The notes under the pieces: generated by a model | What the model saw: the letters and a program-made list of their open reading frames with translations, nothing else | Databases searched by the model: none | Told to the model about the DNA's origin: nothing | Made by a program: the position numbers and the translations under genes | Assembly (NCBI GenBank): GCA_048550195.1 | Contig: JBLYYR010000081.1 | Coordinates: 5,244 to 69,243, forward strand | Length of the DNA stretch: 64,000 nucleotides | Reading direction: 5' to 3' | DNA from: Arenicellales bacterium | GTDB lineage: Bacteria; Pseudomonadota; Gammaproteobacteria; BMS3Bbin11 | Shown here: one piece after another, positions 17,965 to 28,337 of the stretch | Layout of the letters: each line of letters begins with the position of its first letter | Position numbering within the stretch: position 1 is the stretch's first letter

Positions 17965-18082
17965 GGAGGAAAGGGGAAAGGAGGAAAGGAGTAGATCAAA
18001 ACCTGATTTCTACATCACCGATATTTTGAGTTTGAATTTCCTTTAACCTTTCCTCCTTTAACCTTTCCTCCTTTCCCCTGCC
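17964..18082. repeat. purine-rich / pyrimidine-rich inverted repeat (17-bp perfect stem GGGGAAAGGAGGAAAGG / CCTTTCCTCCTTTCCCC, ~70-nt spacer) with internal GGAAAGG and CCTTTAACCTTTCCTC direct repeats
   Basis: Read directly between the convergent sbcB and srkA stops. Confidence 0.6.
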
Positions 18083-18083
18083 T

Positions 18084-19079
18084 TTAATCCCAGACCAATA
18101 CCGGTTCATTCATCAGCGATGCCTGTTCACGCAGGATAAGTATCTGATCCTCCCAGTAGTTCATGCTGTTAAACCAGGGGAAGGCCAGTGGAAAGGCAGG
18201 GTCATCCCAGCGTCGTGCCAGCCATGCTGCGTAGTGAATTAGGCGCAGGGTTCGCAGTGCTTCAACCAGATGTAACTCTGCAGGGTTGAAGTCGTAAAAC
18301 TGCGTATAGCCTTCCAGCAGGTCGGCAAGTCGTGCTGTCATATAGGCCCGGTCACCCGACAGGAACATCCATAGATCCTGTATCGCCGGACCAGAGCGGG
18401 CATCATCAAAATCAACGATGTGCGGCCCGTCATCTGTCCATAAAATATTGCCCGGGTGACAGTCGCCATGCAGGCGTATGCTGTTGATGTCTCCTGCGCG
18501 ATCGAAGCACTGTTCTATCTGTTTAATCAAGTCTGCTGTCAGGCTCTGATAGGCCTCAATAAGATGCGTCGGAACAATGTCATTGTTCAGAAGATACTGC
18601 CTTGGTTCTACAGCAAAACTTTCAATATCCAGTACAGGCCGGTGTTCGAATTTTTTTGTTGCCCCCTCGGCGTGGATGCGTGCAATAAAACGTCCCAGCT
18701 GTTCAAGATGCTCTGGATTGTCCAGTTCTGGCGCTCTACCGCCACGGCAGGGGTATAGGGCAAAGCGATAGTGCCCGTACTGGTGCAGGCTGTTCCCTTT
18801 ATCATCTTTATCTGGCGCGATGACCGGAATTTCCAGTGCGGCCAGCGCCTGTGTGTATTCGTGTTCCTCTATGATCGCCTGGTCTGTCCATCGGCCAGGC
18901 CGATAGAATTTCGCCACCAGTGGGGGCTGATCTTCAATTCCAATCTGATACACCCGGTTTTCATAACTATTAAGTGCCAGGAAACGGCCGTCACATCTCA
19001 GGCCCAGCGATTCAATGCTATCGAGCATATGGTCGGGTGTCAGTTGTGCAAAGGCTTCTTTGGCGTTTGTTTCAGTCAT
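18084..19079 (-). CDS. srkA: stress response Ser/Thr kinase SrkA (YihE/RdoA)
   Basis: ..LNSYENRVYQ..KFYRPGRWT..; LHGDCHPGNILW..DFDDARSGPAIQDLWM.. match E. coli SrkA. Confidence 0.85.
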   Translation of the reverse strand: MTETNAKEAFAQLTPDHMLDSIESLGLRCDGRFLALNSYENRVYQIGIEDQPPLVAKFYRPGRWTDQAIIEEHEYTQALAALEIPVIAPDKDDKGNSLHQYGHYRFALYPCRGGRAPELDNPEHLEQLGRFIARIHAEGATKKFEHRPVLDIESFAVEPRQYLLNNDIVPTHLIEAYQSLTADLIKQIEQCFDRAGDINSIRLHGDCHPGNILWTDDGPHIVDFDDARSGPAIQDLWMFLSGDRAYMTARLADLLEGYTQFYDFNPAELHLVEALRTLRLIHYAAWLARRWDDPAFPLAFPWFNSMNYWEDQILILREQASLMNEPVLVWD

Positions 19080-19089
19080 AGAGGCAGCC

Positions 19090-19626
19090 TTACTTCCACT
19101 GATCCTGTATTACATGAATGCTTGTGTCGCCATCGGTCATCCAGCACTCTCCATCCTGTATGGTACATTGCAATTGCATGTTGCGATTAACGAACTGTGT
19201 CAGTGATTTACAGGTATCTTCTTTTATACTGAAGACCCTGAGATTATCAAACCGCTGACTGCTGTCTTCAAACTGTTTCCACCACAGCTCCGCGCTGCGC
19301 TGTTGATAGCTATAAACAATAACTTCTGCAGCGCGGCCAGATGCCTTACGCATGCGTTTTTCATCTGGCTGGCCGAGGTCTATCCACAACATGATGTCAT
19401 TGGTCAGACTTTTCTCCCAGATGTCAGGTTCATCATCAGTGCTGATACCTTTGGTGAATTTCAGCTCATCACTGGCGTTTAGCGCAAAGGCCAGCAGTCG
19501 CACCATCATGCGGATGTCCGTTTCTGAGGGGTGGCGAGCGACAGTCAGCGAATAGTTGTGGTAATGGTTGCGATCCATATCGGCAATTTGTAACTCAGTT
19601 TTGTAGATAGTTGCTTTCTGCGCCAT
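19090..19626 (-). CDS. yaeQ: YaeQ family protein
   Basis: MAQKATIYK..L.IADMDR..Y..Y.LT.ARHPSET..RMM.RLLAFALNA is the YaeQ signature. Confidence 0.8.
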   Translation of the reverse strand: MAQKATIYKTELQIADMDRNHYHNYSLTVARHPSETDIRMMVRLLAFALNASDELKFTKGISTDDEPDIWEKSLTNDIMLWIDLGQPDEKRMRKASGRAAEVIVYSYQQRSAELWWKQFEDSSQRFDNLRVFSIKEDTCKSLTQFVNRNMQLQCTIQDGECWMTDGDTSIHVIQDQWK

Positions 19627-19921
19627 AGATTCGTATCTAACCAGTATTAATCAGGTAATTATTCTACCATTGTGGCGCACGAGTGGCTGGTTATGTAGTT
19701 AATAAAACACATATTTTTTATCATAAGTTTACTGTTGTATATGATAATTTGTTCTTATATACTCGAGCAGAATACTGGAATGACAGCCCTGGCATCAGTC
19801 CTGTATTGAAAAGAATTACAATGATTGTTTAGCACGTTTTCAGTAGACCAGTACCGGCCATAAGCTGTTGAGCAAGTAACATTTGTAATATTTACTATTT
19901 TATTATTTGAGGTTTTTGCAT

Positions 19922-20125
19922 ATGGCTACAGGCACCGTAAAGTGGTTTAACAACTCCAAAGGTTTCGGCTTTATTACTCCAGATGATGGCAGTGCAGATG
20001 TATTCGTACACTTCTCTGCGATTGCTTCCGATGGTTTCAGAACACTTGAAGAAGGACAGGCAGTTTCCTACGATGTAGAAACCGGTCCAAAAGGGCCACA
20101 GGCATCGAATGTTTCCCCTGCCTGA
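19922..20125 (+). CDS. cspA: cold shock protein, CspA family
   Basis: [43 protein letters not shown] long 5'-UTR of ~290 nt is typical of cspA. A terminator follows. Confidence 0.9.
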   Translation: MATGTVKWFNNSKGFGFITPDDGSADVFVHFSAIASDGFRTLEEGQAVSYDVETGPKGPQASNVSPA

Positions 20126-20153
20126 ATAGTCCAGGTCCTGGTTTATATTAGAA

Positions 20154-20176
20154 CCCCGCTGATGCGGGGTTTTTTA
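20154..20176 (+). terminator. rho-independent terminator after cspA (CCCCGC-tgat-GCGGGG-TTTTTT)
   Basis: GC stem plus T-tract read directly. Confidence 0.7.
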
Positions 20177-20485
20177 ATGCAAAAAATTACAGCAGCCAAT
20201 TATTTTTAGGCATACAATATCTTCATGAAAGGTATTGTTCCACTGGACTCGGAAACCAATGTATCGCAGATACGTTTTGCGGTGGTCTTCACCAGGCGGC
20301 AAAGCCGCAAGCGTTTCCCTGCGGCTTGTGTTCAGATAATGGCGACTGAGGAAGACGCCCTCGCGGCGGCAGATGATGACAATAACTATTACCCCGCACA
20401 TGTGGCAGGGCCTTCAAAATCATCAGAAGGCCAGTTTATTTATTATCTTGTGCGTTGGTTATAAAGATAAGGTAGTCAGATAGAT

Positions 20486-21016
20486 ATGGATATCCTGAGT
20501 GAATTAATAAAAGCTATTGTGTTTGCTGCCGGCAAGCATCGTGATCAGCGACGCAAGGATGTTTGCGCATCCCCTTACATCAATCACCCTATACAGCTGG
20601 TCGATGTACTGTGTAATGAAGCGGGTGTAAGTGATGTGAATGTTCTTTGTGCAGCAGTGCTGCATGACACCATAGAAGACACAGAAACCACAGCTGCTGA
20701 ATTAACACGGCACTTTGGAAAGCAGATTTCCACTATCGTTCTTGAAATGTCCGATGACGGCAGTCTATGTAAGACTGACCGCAAACAAGAGCAAATCAGA
20801 CATGCACCGAACCTCAGTGATGAAGCAAAACTGGTAAAACTGGCGGATAAAATTTGTAACCTGCGAGATGTGGCCGATAACCCGCCAGCTGGTTGGGAGC
20901 TACAGCGGCGCCAGGAATATTTTGACTGGGGTAAGGCTGTTATTGACGGCTTACGGGGGATACATCCACGCCTTGAGTCGATCTTTGATGAGACCTATGC
21001 GAAAAGGCCGCAGTGA
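20486..21016 (+). CDS. HD-domain (p)ppGpp hydrolase-like protein (small alarmone hydrolase, RelA/SpoT hydrolase-domain family)
   Basis: ..AAGKHRDQRRK...PYINHP..VLHDTIEDT.. mirrors the SpoT hydrolase motif H..R...PY..HP...HD..EDT. Single domain of 176 aa. Confidence 0.7.
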   Translation: MDILSELIKAIVFAAGKHRDQRRKDVCASPYINHPIQLVDVLCNEAGVSDVNVLCAAVLHDTIEDTETTAAELTRHFGKQISTIVLEMSDDGSLCKTDRKQEQIRHAPNLSDEAKLVKLADKICNLRDVADNPPAGWELQRRQEYFDWGKAVIDGLRGIHPRLESIFDETYAKRPQ

Positions 21017-21100
21017 AAACCGGTCGTAGGTCGAACCATTACGATTTTGTTTTTCCTGTTATTTTGGCATTAGACCTAAGACCAACGACTCAGAATAAAA

Positions 21101-21397
21101 ATGAATGAAGATATTCATCAAATAACTGCACGATTAAATACTGAGACTGCCCGGATTTCATGGCCGGAACTGGAGCGCCACTTTGCCCGAGGAGTCTTAT
21201 TGACTGCCTCACCAGCATTGGATCTAGTTCAGCTTGGGGCGCATATGATTCATGATGATAAAAGCATTATTGATGCCTGGCTGGAAACTGGCGAACTCAG
21301 AAAAACTACAGATGAAGATGCGCGGGGGTGGAGTGAGGGTGAGTCGACCCTTTGGGCCGTTGTTGTGGCGCCATGGGTACTGGTGCAGGAGAAATAA
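21101..21397 (+). CDS. conserved hypothetical protein (98 aa)
   Basis: ORF with TAA stop, in an intergenic-sized gap; family not confidently recognised. Confidence 0.4.
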   Translation: MNEDIHQITARLNTETARISWPELERHFARGVLLTASPALDLVQLGAHMIHDDKSIIDAWLETGELRKTTDEDARGWSEGESTLWAVVVAPWVLVQEK

Positions 21398-21410
21398 CAC
21401 CATCATGCAA

Positions 21411-23525
21411 CTATTTGGTGAAGCGTGTTTTTGCAGGTGTAAATTTCTTTTTCTGTACGAATCTCTTCTGATTACTATTTTTTCCTCCGGGCTGCCAGGA
21501 AGGAACCAGGTGTTTTTTACCGTTGCCGATCAGGTCTGCTCTTCCCATGTGTTTTAATGCCTCACGCAATATCGGCCAGTTTTCCGGTGCATGGTAGCGC
21601 AGAAAGGCTTTGTGCAAACGGCGCTGCCGAGCACCGCGTACAGCAGTAACTGTTTCTGATTCACGACTTACTTTCTTTAGTGGGTTGCGCTCCGTGTGGT
21701 ACATCGCCGAGGCGATGGCGAGAGGCGTGGGGAGAAAGGCCTGTACCTGATCGAGACGGAAATTATTTGATTTCAGCCAAATTGCGAGATTGAGCATGTC
21801 CTCGTCCGTGGTGCCGGGATGTGCTGAGATGAAATAGGGGATTAAATACTGTTCCTTACCCGCTTCTTTAGAATATTGATCAAACAATTGTTTGAAACGA
21901 TCATAGGCCCCAATCCCAGGTTTCATCATTTTTGATAAAGGGCCATCTTCGATATGCTCAGGGGCTATCTTCAGATATCCGCCAACATGATGGGTAGCCA
22001 GTTCTTTTATATAGGTTTTGGAACGAACAGCCAGATCGTAACGCAGACCTGAAGCGATAAAGATGCGTTTTATTCCCTTTAGTTTTCTTGCTTTTCTGTA
22101 CAGCTGAATGAGCGGCTCGTGATCAGTGCCAAGGTTTTTGCAGATACCCGGGTAAACACAGGACAGGCGTCTGCAGGACGACTCAATCTTAGGGTCTTTG
22201 CATTTAAGTCGCCACATATTCGCCGTCGGCCCGCCGAGGTCGGAGATATTGCCGGTGAAGCCGGGCACATTGTCACGTATGGTTTCAATCTCATTGAGAA
22301 TCGATTTCTCAGAACGGTTCTGGATGATGCGGCCTTCGTGCTCTGTGATGGAGCAAAAAGTACAGCCACCAAAGCATCCCCGCATAATATTGATAGAGAA
22401 GCGAATCATCTCCCAGGCAGGCATCCTTGCCGTTCCATATGACGGGTGTGGCTTGCGGGTATAAGGCAGCTCATAGATGTGATCGAGCTCTTCCGTTGTC
22501 ATTGGAATTGGTGGCGGGTTGAGCCAGATGTCGCGATTGCCATGCCGCTGTATCAATGAGCGAGCGTTGCCCGGGTTGGTTTCCAGGTGGAAGACTCTTG
22601 AGCTGTGAGCGTAGAGTACCTTGTCTGTTTTTACCTTTTCATAGGATGGCAACCGTAATGCGGTATGTGATCTGTCCAGGCCACGGGGCCGGGTGTGTAA
22701 TGTCACGACCTGCTGGTTTGTTGCTTCAGCTGTCCCTGTCTGCTGCGAGCAATCCGGTTTGCTGGCATAAGGAGCGCGGTGAGGATCTGCTGCTTTATCG
22801 ACTCGTCCCGGTTGGTCCACATCGGTAGAATCAATAATCGTCCAGTCATCCGGAATACTGGATGTCATGAACGCCGTACCGCGCACATCACGTATATCCC
22901 TGATGCCTTCGTTGGCCGCCAGCCGGTGCGCAATCTCGACAATCGCACGCTCTGCATTACCGAACAGCAGCATGTCAGCCTTGGAGTCTGGCAGACAGGA
23001 TCGCCGCACCTTGTCTGACCAGTAGTCATAATGTGCAATGCGTCTAAGGCTTGCTTCAATACCACCGATGATGACCGGTACATCGCTGAAGGCTTCTTTG
23101 GCGCGCTGGGCATAGACCAGTACTGAGCGATCAGGTCGCTTGCCCTCTTTAGCATCCGGCGTGTAGGCATCATCATGCCGCAGGCGACGATCTGAGGTAT
23201 AGCGGTTGACCATGGAATCCATGTTGCCGGCGGTGATGCCGAAGAACAGGTTTGGTCTTCCGAGTTCTTTGAATGCCTCTGCACTCTGCCAGTCGGGCTG
23301 GGAGATAATACCGACACGGAACCCCTGAGATTCCAGTACTCGGCCTATCAGCGCCATACCAAAGCTGGGATGGTCGATATAGGCGTCCCCGGTAACGATT
23401 ATGATGTCACAGCTATCCCAGCCCAGCTCATTCATTTCTTGCCGGGACATGGGCAGCACTGGTGCGATACCGAACCGATGTGCCCAGTGTTTACGATAGG
23501 AAAAAAGGTCTTTGGCGGTGTTCAC
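21411..23525 (-). CDS. ygiQ: YgiQ family radical SAM protein (UPF0313)
   Basis: Radical-SAM CFGGCTFCS cluster motif, B12-like N-terminal region and Lys-rich C-terminal tail, as in E. coli YgiQ. GTG start. Confidence 0.85.
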   Translation of the reverse strand: MNTAKDLFSYRKHWAHRFGIAPVLPMSRQEMNELGWDSCDIIIVTGDAYIDHPSFGMALIGRVLESQGFRVGIISQPDWQSAEAFKELGRPNLFFGITAGNMDSMVNRYTSDRRLRHDDAYTPDAKEGKRPDRSVLVYAQRAKEAFSDVPVIIGGIEASLRRIAHYDYWSDKVRRSCLPDSKADMLLFGNAERAIVEIAHRLAANEGIRDIRDVRGTAFMTSSIPDDWTIIDSTDVDQPGRVDKAADPHRAPYASKPDCSQQTGTAEATNQQVVTLHTRPRGLDRSHTALRLPSYEKVKTDKVLYAHSSRVFHLETNPGNARSLIQRHGNRDIWLNPPPIPMTTEELDHIYELPYTRKPHPSYGTARMPAWEMIRFSINIMRGCFGGCTFCSITEHEGRIIQNRSEKSILNEIETIRDNVPGFTGNISDLGGPTANMWRLKCKDPKIESSCRRLSCVYPGICKNLGTDHEPLIQLYRKARKLKGIKRIFIASGLRYDLAVRSKTYIKELATHHVGGYLKIAPEHIEDGPLSKMMKPGIGAYDRFKQLFDQYSKEAGKEQYLIPYFISAHPGTTDEDMLNLAIWLKSNNFRLDQVQAFLPTPLAIASAMYHTERNPLKKVSRESETVTAVRGARQRRLHKAFLRYHAPENWPILREALKHMGRADLIGNGKKHLVPSWQPGGKNSNQKRFVQKKKFTPAKTRFTK

Positions 23526-23555
23526 AATGAACCCTTTGAATTCAGAGGTGGGAGA

Positions 23556-23801
23556 CTATTTCTCCCACTCCATGGTGATGGGTTTTTCGCGTTTTTCCTG
23601 CAACTGCTCTTCTGCAGACAGTTCGTTGTCTGCAAACATAACTTTGATTTGTGCCGCTTCGCTACCGTCCATCCCGCTGCGGGTTTTTTTTGCCAATTGT
23701 TTGGCTTCACGGTAGTTGTCGAAAGTTTCCAGTAACTCCAGCTGTCTGACCAAACCTGCGGCAGAGTCGGTTATACGGTAAACAAAATAAGGCATGGTCA
23801 A
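23556..23801 (-). CDS. hypothetical protein (81 aa)
   Basis: ORF overlaps the upstream gene by 4 nt (operon-like). Confidence 0.4.
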   Translation of the reverse strand: MTMPYFVYRITDSAAGLVRQLELLETFDNYREAKQLAKKTRSGMDGSEAAQIKVMFADNELSAEEQLQEKREKPITMEWEK

Positions 23802-24142
23802 TCCTCCTTTTTTGTCGAACTACGAAATTCATCGAGCGATACGACAAAAGTATCATTGGGTTCATCTACATAACGAGGGCGATCATTGAATTCCACGCCA
23901 CGCGCCCCGGCCAGTTCCTGTTGGCGTCGGGTGATGACAGCAAAACAGTTTCTTACCTGGTTGATGGTGTCACTGGATAGCGGGTGCGTCAGCTCAGGTG
24001 GGGTATAGGTGTCTTTGGCTACCGCCGCCAGGGTGTTTTTGACCAGCTGCAGTATTTCTTCTTCATTGCTGATGTTTTGATCGCTCATGATTCTGTACTC
24101 GTACCGTAGTGCTGTCTCTGCCTGTCTGGTATTTGCAGGCAT
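23798..24142 (-). CDS. hypothetical protein (about 96-114 aa)
   Basis: ORF; the likely real start is the internal MSDQNIS. Confidence 0.4.
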   Translation of the reverse strand: MPANTRQAETALRYEYRIMSDQNISNEEEILQLVKNTLAAVAKDTYTPPELTHPLSSDTINQVRNCFAVITRRQQELAGARGVEFNDRPRYVDEPNDTFVVSLDEFRSSTKKED

Positions 24143-24228
24143 GATTACTTGAAAAGCAGTCTATTTTACTGCTATAGAGCATTCTTATAAAGCTATTCAA
24201 GGCTAACCCCTACAGATTACAGGTCAGA

Positions 24229-24384
24229 GCGCCTCTGATTAATTAAAAAAAACTGTCATTGCACCCTTCGGGCATTTCCTGCGGCCACGAGCACCGAGGT
24301 GTGGAAATATCTTAATGTAAAATCAATCAGTTAGAGATTGTTTCGCCACTGCGCTTCCCACAATGACGACATATCAGAGGTTCC
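24229..24384. mobile_element. MITE-like repeat, copy B (~155 bp)
   Basis: Begins GCGCCTCTGATT and ends ATATCAGAGGTTCC. The internal GGGCATTTCCTGCGG matches the insert of copy C. It lies between moeA and the small ORFs. Confidence 0.45.
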
Positions 24385-24469
24385 TTGGAAAAAAGATGAG
24401 GCTTTTACATCAATCCGGGGCCGGGTTTTGTGAGCAGCTATCAGTGTTCGTCGATCGACTGTAGCAACA

Positions 24470-25738
24470 TCAGATAAATGTTGAGAATGGCTGTACCTGG
24501 ACGGACTCACCGGACGAGATATCATCACAGTCTTCCGGCAATAAAATGAAGCAGTTGGCAAGGCTCATCGATGTCAGGACGCCTGAGCCTTGCTGCCCGG
24601 TTTTTCTGACTGTCAGCTGGCCACCTGCCTGCTGCTCAAGTATTCCGCGCTGGAATTCATAACGGCCGGGACGTTTGAAAATATTCCCGGCACTGGTCGC
24701 CATGATAGTCATTGGCAGGCTTTTTCTGCCACTGGCCAGAAAATTCAGTGCAGGTTGAACAAACTGGTAAAACGTCACCATGACCGCGACAGGATTTCCC
24801 GGCAGGCCGAAGAACAGGCTGTTGCCTATTCGGCCCTGGGTAAGCGGCCGTCCTGGTTTCATGGCGATTTTCCAGAAATTAATTTCACCAGCCTGTTCGA
24901 GTGCAGGTTTGATGTAGTCGGCCTCCCCCACAGATACACCACCGGAGGTGATCACCACATCCGCCATTGCCGCAGCGTCTGAAAACGCATTTTTCAGTTC
25001 ATTGAGATCATCTTTGACTACTCCCATGTCCAGAACTTCAACGCCCAGCCGTTTAAGCATGCCATACAGACTGTATCGGTTGCTGTCATACACATCGCCT
25101 TTAGCAAGTGGCTCACCGATCGAGCGCAGTTCATCCCCGGTGGAGAAGAATGCCACACGTGGACGTCTATAGACTCGGACTTCGCCTATACCCAGGGAGG
25201 ACAGGATACCGAGATCAGCAGGTGTCAGCTTGTGCGAAGTCTGTAAAACCGTGCCACCTGCGGTAATATCTTCACCAGCCTGGCGGACATTCTGCCCGCG
25301 GCGGTGGCCGTCAGCTATACGCACACTATCAGGTCCTGTTGTCTCTATATGTTCCTGCATGATGACGGTATCGGTACCCTCCGGCACCACTGCCCCGGTC
25401 ATGATACGGACGCACTGACCCGTTTTGCAGCGACCGTTAAAGGGAGCTCCTGCAAAGGACTTGCCAATGACCCGGTAAATCTGCCCGTCAGACGATGGCA
25501 GGTCATCACCTGATAGTGCGTAACCATCCATGGCAGAGTTGGTATGACCCGGCACATTCAGTGGTGAAATGATGTCTTCTGCCAGTACCCTGCCTAGTGC
25601 GTTCCGCAGGGTGAGTTTTTCACTACTGGTGATGGGATGAACCGTGTCGATAATTCTCAGGCGTGCGTCGTCAACAGACAGTGTGGAAGCTTCAGGCACG
25701 TCATCGCAGCAGGATACTGATCGAATAACATTACTCAC
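24470..25738 (-). CDS. moeA: molybdopterin molybdotransferase MoeA
   Basis: Full-length MoeA pattern (..NSAMDGYA.., ..IMTGA.VP.G.D.VI.., GGVSVG..D). Confidence 0.85.
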   Translation of the reverse strand: MSNVIRSVSCCDDVPEASTLSVDDARLRIIDTVHPITSSEKLTLRNALGRVLAEDIISPLNVPGHTNSAMDGYALSGDDLPSSDGQIYRVIGKSFAGAPFNGRCKTGQCVRIMTGAVVPEGTDTVIMQEHIETTGPDSVRIADGHRRGQNVRQAGEDITAGGTVLQTSHKLTPADLGILSSLGIGEVRVYRRPRVAFFSTGDELRSIGEPLAKGDVYDSNRYSLYGMLKRLGVEVLDMGVVKDDLNELKNAFSDAAAMADVVITSGGVSVGEADYIKPALEQAGEINFWKIAMKPGRPLTQGRIGNSLFFGLPGNPVAVMVTFYQFVQPALNFLASGRKSLPMTIMATSAGNIFKRPGRYEFQRGILEQQAGGQLTVRKTGQQGSGVLTSMSLANCFILLPEDCDDISSGESVQVQPFSTFI

Positions 25739-26298
25739 GGTAGACTGACTCCGGATACCGCCGAAGTGGGCTCCGTTGCGAGGATCTTGTCGACAATGAA
25801 CTGGGCGATTTGCTGTGGGTTATTAAGGTTCAGCTTTGGCAGGATGTTGCTGTTTTCAGTGATTACTGCATCGCTGGCGATAGCAATAATATTCGGGTCG
25901 TCTGGAAACATTAAGGATTTTTTAAGTTCCGGGCGGTGAAGTTCTATCTTTGGATAGCTTTCATGTTTGAATCCTTCTACCAGGATAAGATCCAGCTTCT
26001 GCAAATTTAATCTTTCAAGTGCATCACTTAGCGAAGGTTCGTCGCGATCTTCTTCGAATTCGGTAATTATCGCCATGCGTTTGCGTGATGTAATCAGCAT
26101 CTGACTGGCACCGGCTTCACGTAGTTCGAAGCTGTCCTTGCCGGGATGATCGATATCGAAATTGTGATGGGCATGTTTGACAACAGCGACTCGTAGGCCC
26201 TGTGCAACCAATATCGGCAACAGTTGAGTTAGCAAGGTCGTCTTGCCGGTGCCACTCCAGGCACAAAAGCCAACCATGGGTACGGTTATCTTGTTCAT
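25735..26298 (-). CDS. mobB: molybdopterin-guanine dinucleotide biosynthesis protein MobB
   Basis: ..GFCAWSGTGKTTLL.. P-loop and ..VVKHAHH.FD.D..GKDS.. Overlaps moeA by 4 nt. Confidence 0.85.
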   Translation of the reverse strand: MNKITVPMVGFCAWSGTGKTTLLTQLLPILVAQGLRVAVVKHAHHNFDIDHPGKDSFELREAGASQMLITSRKRMAIITEFEEDRDEPSLSDALERLNLQKLDLILVEGFKHESYPKIELHRPELKKSLMFPDDPNIIAIASDAVITENSNILPKLNLNNPQQIAQFIVDKILATEPTSAVSGVSLP

Positions 26299-26900
26299 GC
26301 TGATACTTCCTGTTTGCCAGCCCGGCGGTGATCCTTTTCAGTGTTGATATTGAAGAAGCTTTCCAGAACGTCGGAAAAATCTGCCAGCGCGACTTTATGT
26401 TGTGCATACCAGAGGTCTATCTTGCGATCACCTGCATCGAGAAATGCCAGCAGGTTGCCAAGCAAGGAGCGTGGTATCAATGCGTATACTGGCTGCATAC
26501 GTTGACCATCATGTGCGACAGCTAATTCGGCTTCATTATCAGTAATAGCCTTAGATAATCTAACAGCAAGATCAGCAGGGACAGATGGACCATCACAGGG
26601 CAGGGGCATGATGTAATCAGTATCGCATGCTGAGAGTGCAGCGGCAAAACCAGCCAATGGCCCCTGGAAATCTGTCATATCATCACTGACGACCGGGTAA
26701 CCATAGTCGGCATAGATTTGATGATTGCGATTTGCGCTTATGATGACAGTCTTAACCTGTGGTGTGATGGCATCGAGGACATGCTCAATCAATGGTTTGC
26801 CATTGAGTCTCAGCAGACCCTTGTCCTGACCGCCGAGACGACTACCGCGACCGCCCGCCAGAATAACTGCAGTGATGTTTTCTTTATCAGGAGGTTTCAT
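26295..26900 (-). CDS. mobA: molybdenum cofactor guanylyltransferase MobA
   Basis: ..ITAVILAGGRGSRLGG.DKGLL.. The ORF-track start at 27011 overlaps tupC; the internal MKPPDKE start at ~26900 (ATGA overlap with the tupC stop) is more plausible. Confidence 0.8.
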   Translation of the reverse strand: MKPPDKENITAVILAGGRGSRLGGQDKGLLRLNGKPLIEHVLDAITPQVKTVIISANRNHQIYADYGYPVVSDDMTDFQGPLAGFAAALSACDTDYIMPLPCDGPSVPADLAVRLSKAITDNEAELAVAHDGQRMQPVYALIPRSLLGNLLAFLDAGDRKIDLWYAQHKVALADFSDVLESFFNINTEKDHRRAGKQEVSA

Positions 26901-27622
26901 GCTTGTTGATGTTGATGAAGCGGGTCGATAGGAAAGGCAGAAACATTTTCTGCCTGTGTGGTTATATTTACAGGTGATATTTTGCCATCTTTCAGCAGCA
27001 GATGTCTGCATGCGAGCGACTGAAATTGTAGCGCATCATGACTGGAAATAACGATGGCCATACCCTGGTCTTTTAACTGCCGCAACAAATTATGTGTGCG
27101 TAAACGGGCATCATGGTCCATGTTGGTTGTGGGTTCGTCCAGCAGTAGAACTGAAGGAGATCGCAACCATGCCCTGGCCAGTGCAACGCGCTGCACTTCT
27201 CCACCTGACAGGATTGTCGCCGAGGCGGTGGCAAGGGGCTCCAGGTTTGCCCAGGCCAGTGCCGCGTAAATACGTCTGTCCCTGTCTTCGCGGCTTAGCA
27301 TGGGCGGTAGCGCATAGGCAATATTTCGTCTCACACTGGCATCAAACATGTAGGGATGCTGGTGCATATACATGGCTTTCTCTTTCAGTGCTTTTATGCA
27401 ACGACGCCATTTCATCTCACCAAGACCTGTGTTCAGTGTCCCGGAATCCGGTTTCACCAGGCCCGCCATAATTTTCAATAGAGTGGTTTTGCCAGCGCCA
27501 TTTGCGCCACAGAGAAGGGTGCACTGGCTAGCTTGAAGGGAGATGTCGATACCATCAAGAATTGTTCGTCGGCGGTAGCGTTTGGCAATCCCTTTGAACT
27601 GAATATTGATCATAGCTGTCAT
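26897..27622 (-). CDS. tupC: ABC transporter ATP-binding protein (oxyanion uptake system)
   Basis: Walker A GANGAGKTT, signature LSGGE.QRV, Walker B LLLDEP. Symbol is by operon context with the TupA-like binding protein. Confidence 0.7.
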   Translation of the reverse strand: MTAMINIQFKGIAKRYRRRTILDGIDISLQASQCTLLCGANGAGKTTLLKIMAGLVKPDSGTLNTGLGEMKWRRCIKALKEKAMYMHQHPYMFDASVRRNIAYALPPMLSREDRDRRIYAALAWANLEPLATASATILSGGEVQRVALARAWLRSPSVLLLDEPTTNMDHDARLRTHNLLRQLKDQGMAIVISSHDALQFQSLACRHLLLKDGKISPVNITTQAENVSAFPIDPLHQHQQA

Positions 27623-28320
27623 GTTGCGAATCGACCCTTGCCCTGGAAATAATGAAGTAGTCCATTGAGTATAAATGCCAGTATCAGCAGCACTATTCCC
27701 AGTGCAATACCCTGAGAAAACTCGCCCTTGCTGGTTTCCAGGGCGATAGCTGTAGGTATGTTACGAGTGGCGTTGAGGATGTTGCCCCCCAGCATCATTG
27801 AGGCGCCGACTTCTGCGATGATACGCCCGTAAGCGGCCAGCAGTGCAGCAAACAATCCGAATCGAACCTCGTGCATGACGGTTAGAACGGCTCTTACTGG
27901 CCCGGCTCCAAGTGTTCGTGCAGTCTCCCATGCGCGCCGGTCAGCAGCCTGTAATGCAGAGTGGCACATGGCGACAAGTATAGGAACACATAAAACTATC
28001 TGGCCAATCACCATGGCGCTTTGCGTGAACAACAGTTTCAGGTCTCCCAACGGTCCCTGTCGGGAAAGCATCAGATATAGTGTCAGCCCCACCACTACTG
28101 CAGGTATGGATAGCAGTGTGCTGAACACGGAGATCAATAGTCGACGACCAGGAAAATTCCCATAGGCGAGAAGAAATGCCAGTAGCAGGGAAGGCGGGGT
28201 GGCAATCATGATTGCAGTGGTCGAAACCTTGAATGAAATGCCTATGATATTCCAAAGTTCACTGTTACCGCTTGCCAGTAGCTGAAGGGCCTCGAAAGTA
28301 GCATTGTTGAGAGAGTCCAT
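27619..28320 (-). CDS. tupB: ABC transporter permease (oxyanion uptake system)
   Basis: 5-6 TM permease with an EAA-like loop, flanked by the ATPase and binding-protein genes. Confidence 0.7.
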   Translation of the reverse strand: MDSLNNATFEALQLLASGNSELWNIIGISFKVSTTAIMIATPPSLLLAFLLAYGNFPGRRLLISVFSTLLSIPAVVVGLTLYLMLSRQGPLGDLKLLFTQSAMVIGQIVLCVPILVAMCHSALQAADRRAWETARTLGAGPVRAVLTVMHEVRFGLFAALLAAYGRIIAEVGASMMLGGNILNATRNIPTAIALETSKGEFSQGIALGIVLLILAFILNGLLHYFQGKGRFAT

Positions 28321-28337
28321 GGTGAAGGTAATGCTGC

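Noticed and set aside
20174-20464. Overlapping 75-aa (minus) and 79-aa (plus) ORFs between cspA and the HD-domain gene
   Set aside because: Mutually exclusive, no SD, no motifs. The region more likely holds the cspA terminator and a promoter.
21411-23525. Many 60-150-aa ORFs nested inside large genes on the opposite strand (e.g. 22079..22372, 22865..23317, 43234..43590, 48563..49423)
   Set aside because: Antisense or overlapping artefacts within well-supported genes.
23523-23801. 81-aa ORF ends in TAG and is in the same frame as ygiQ 33 nt downstream, which suggested a third read-through fusion
   Set aside because: The 10 intervening codons and the small protein show no relation to YgiQ N-termini. 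Same-frame adjacency has a 1-in-3 chance expectation.
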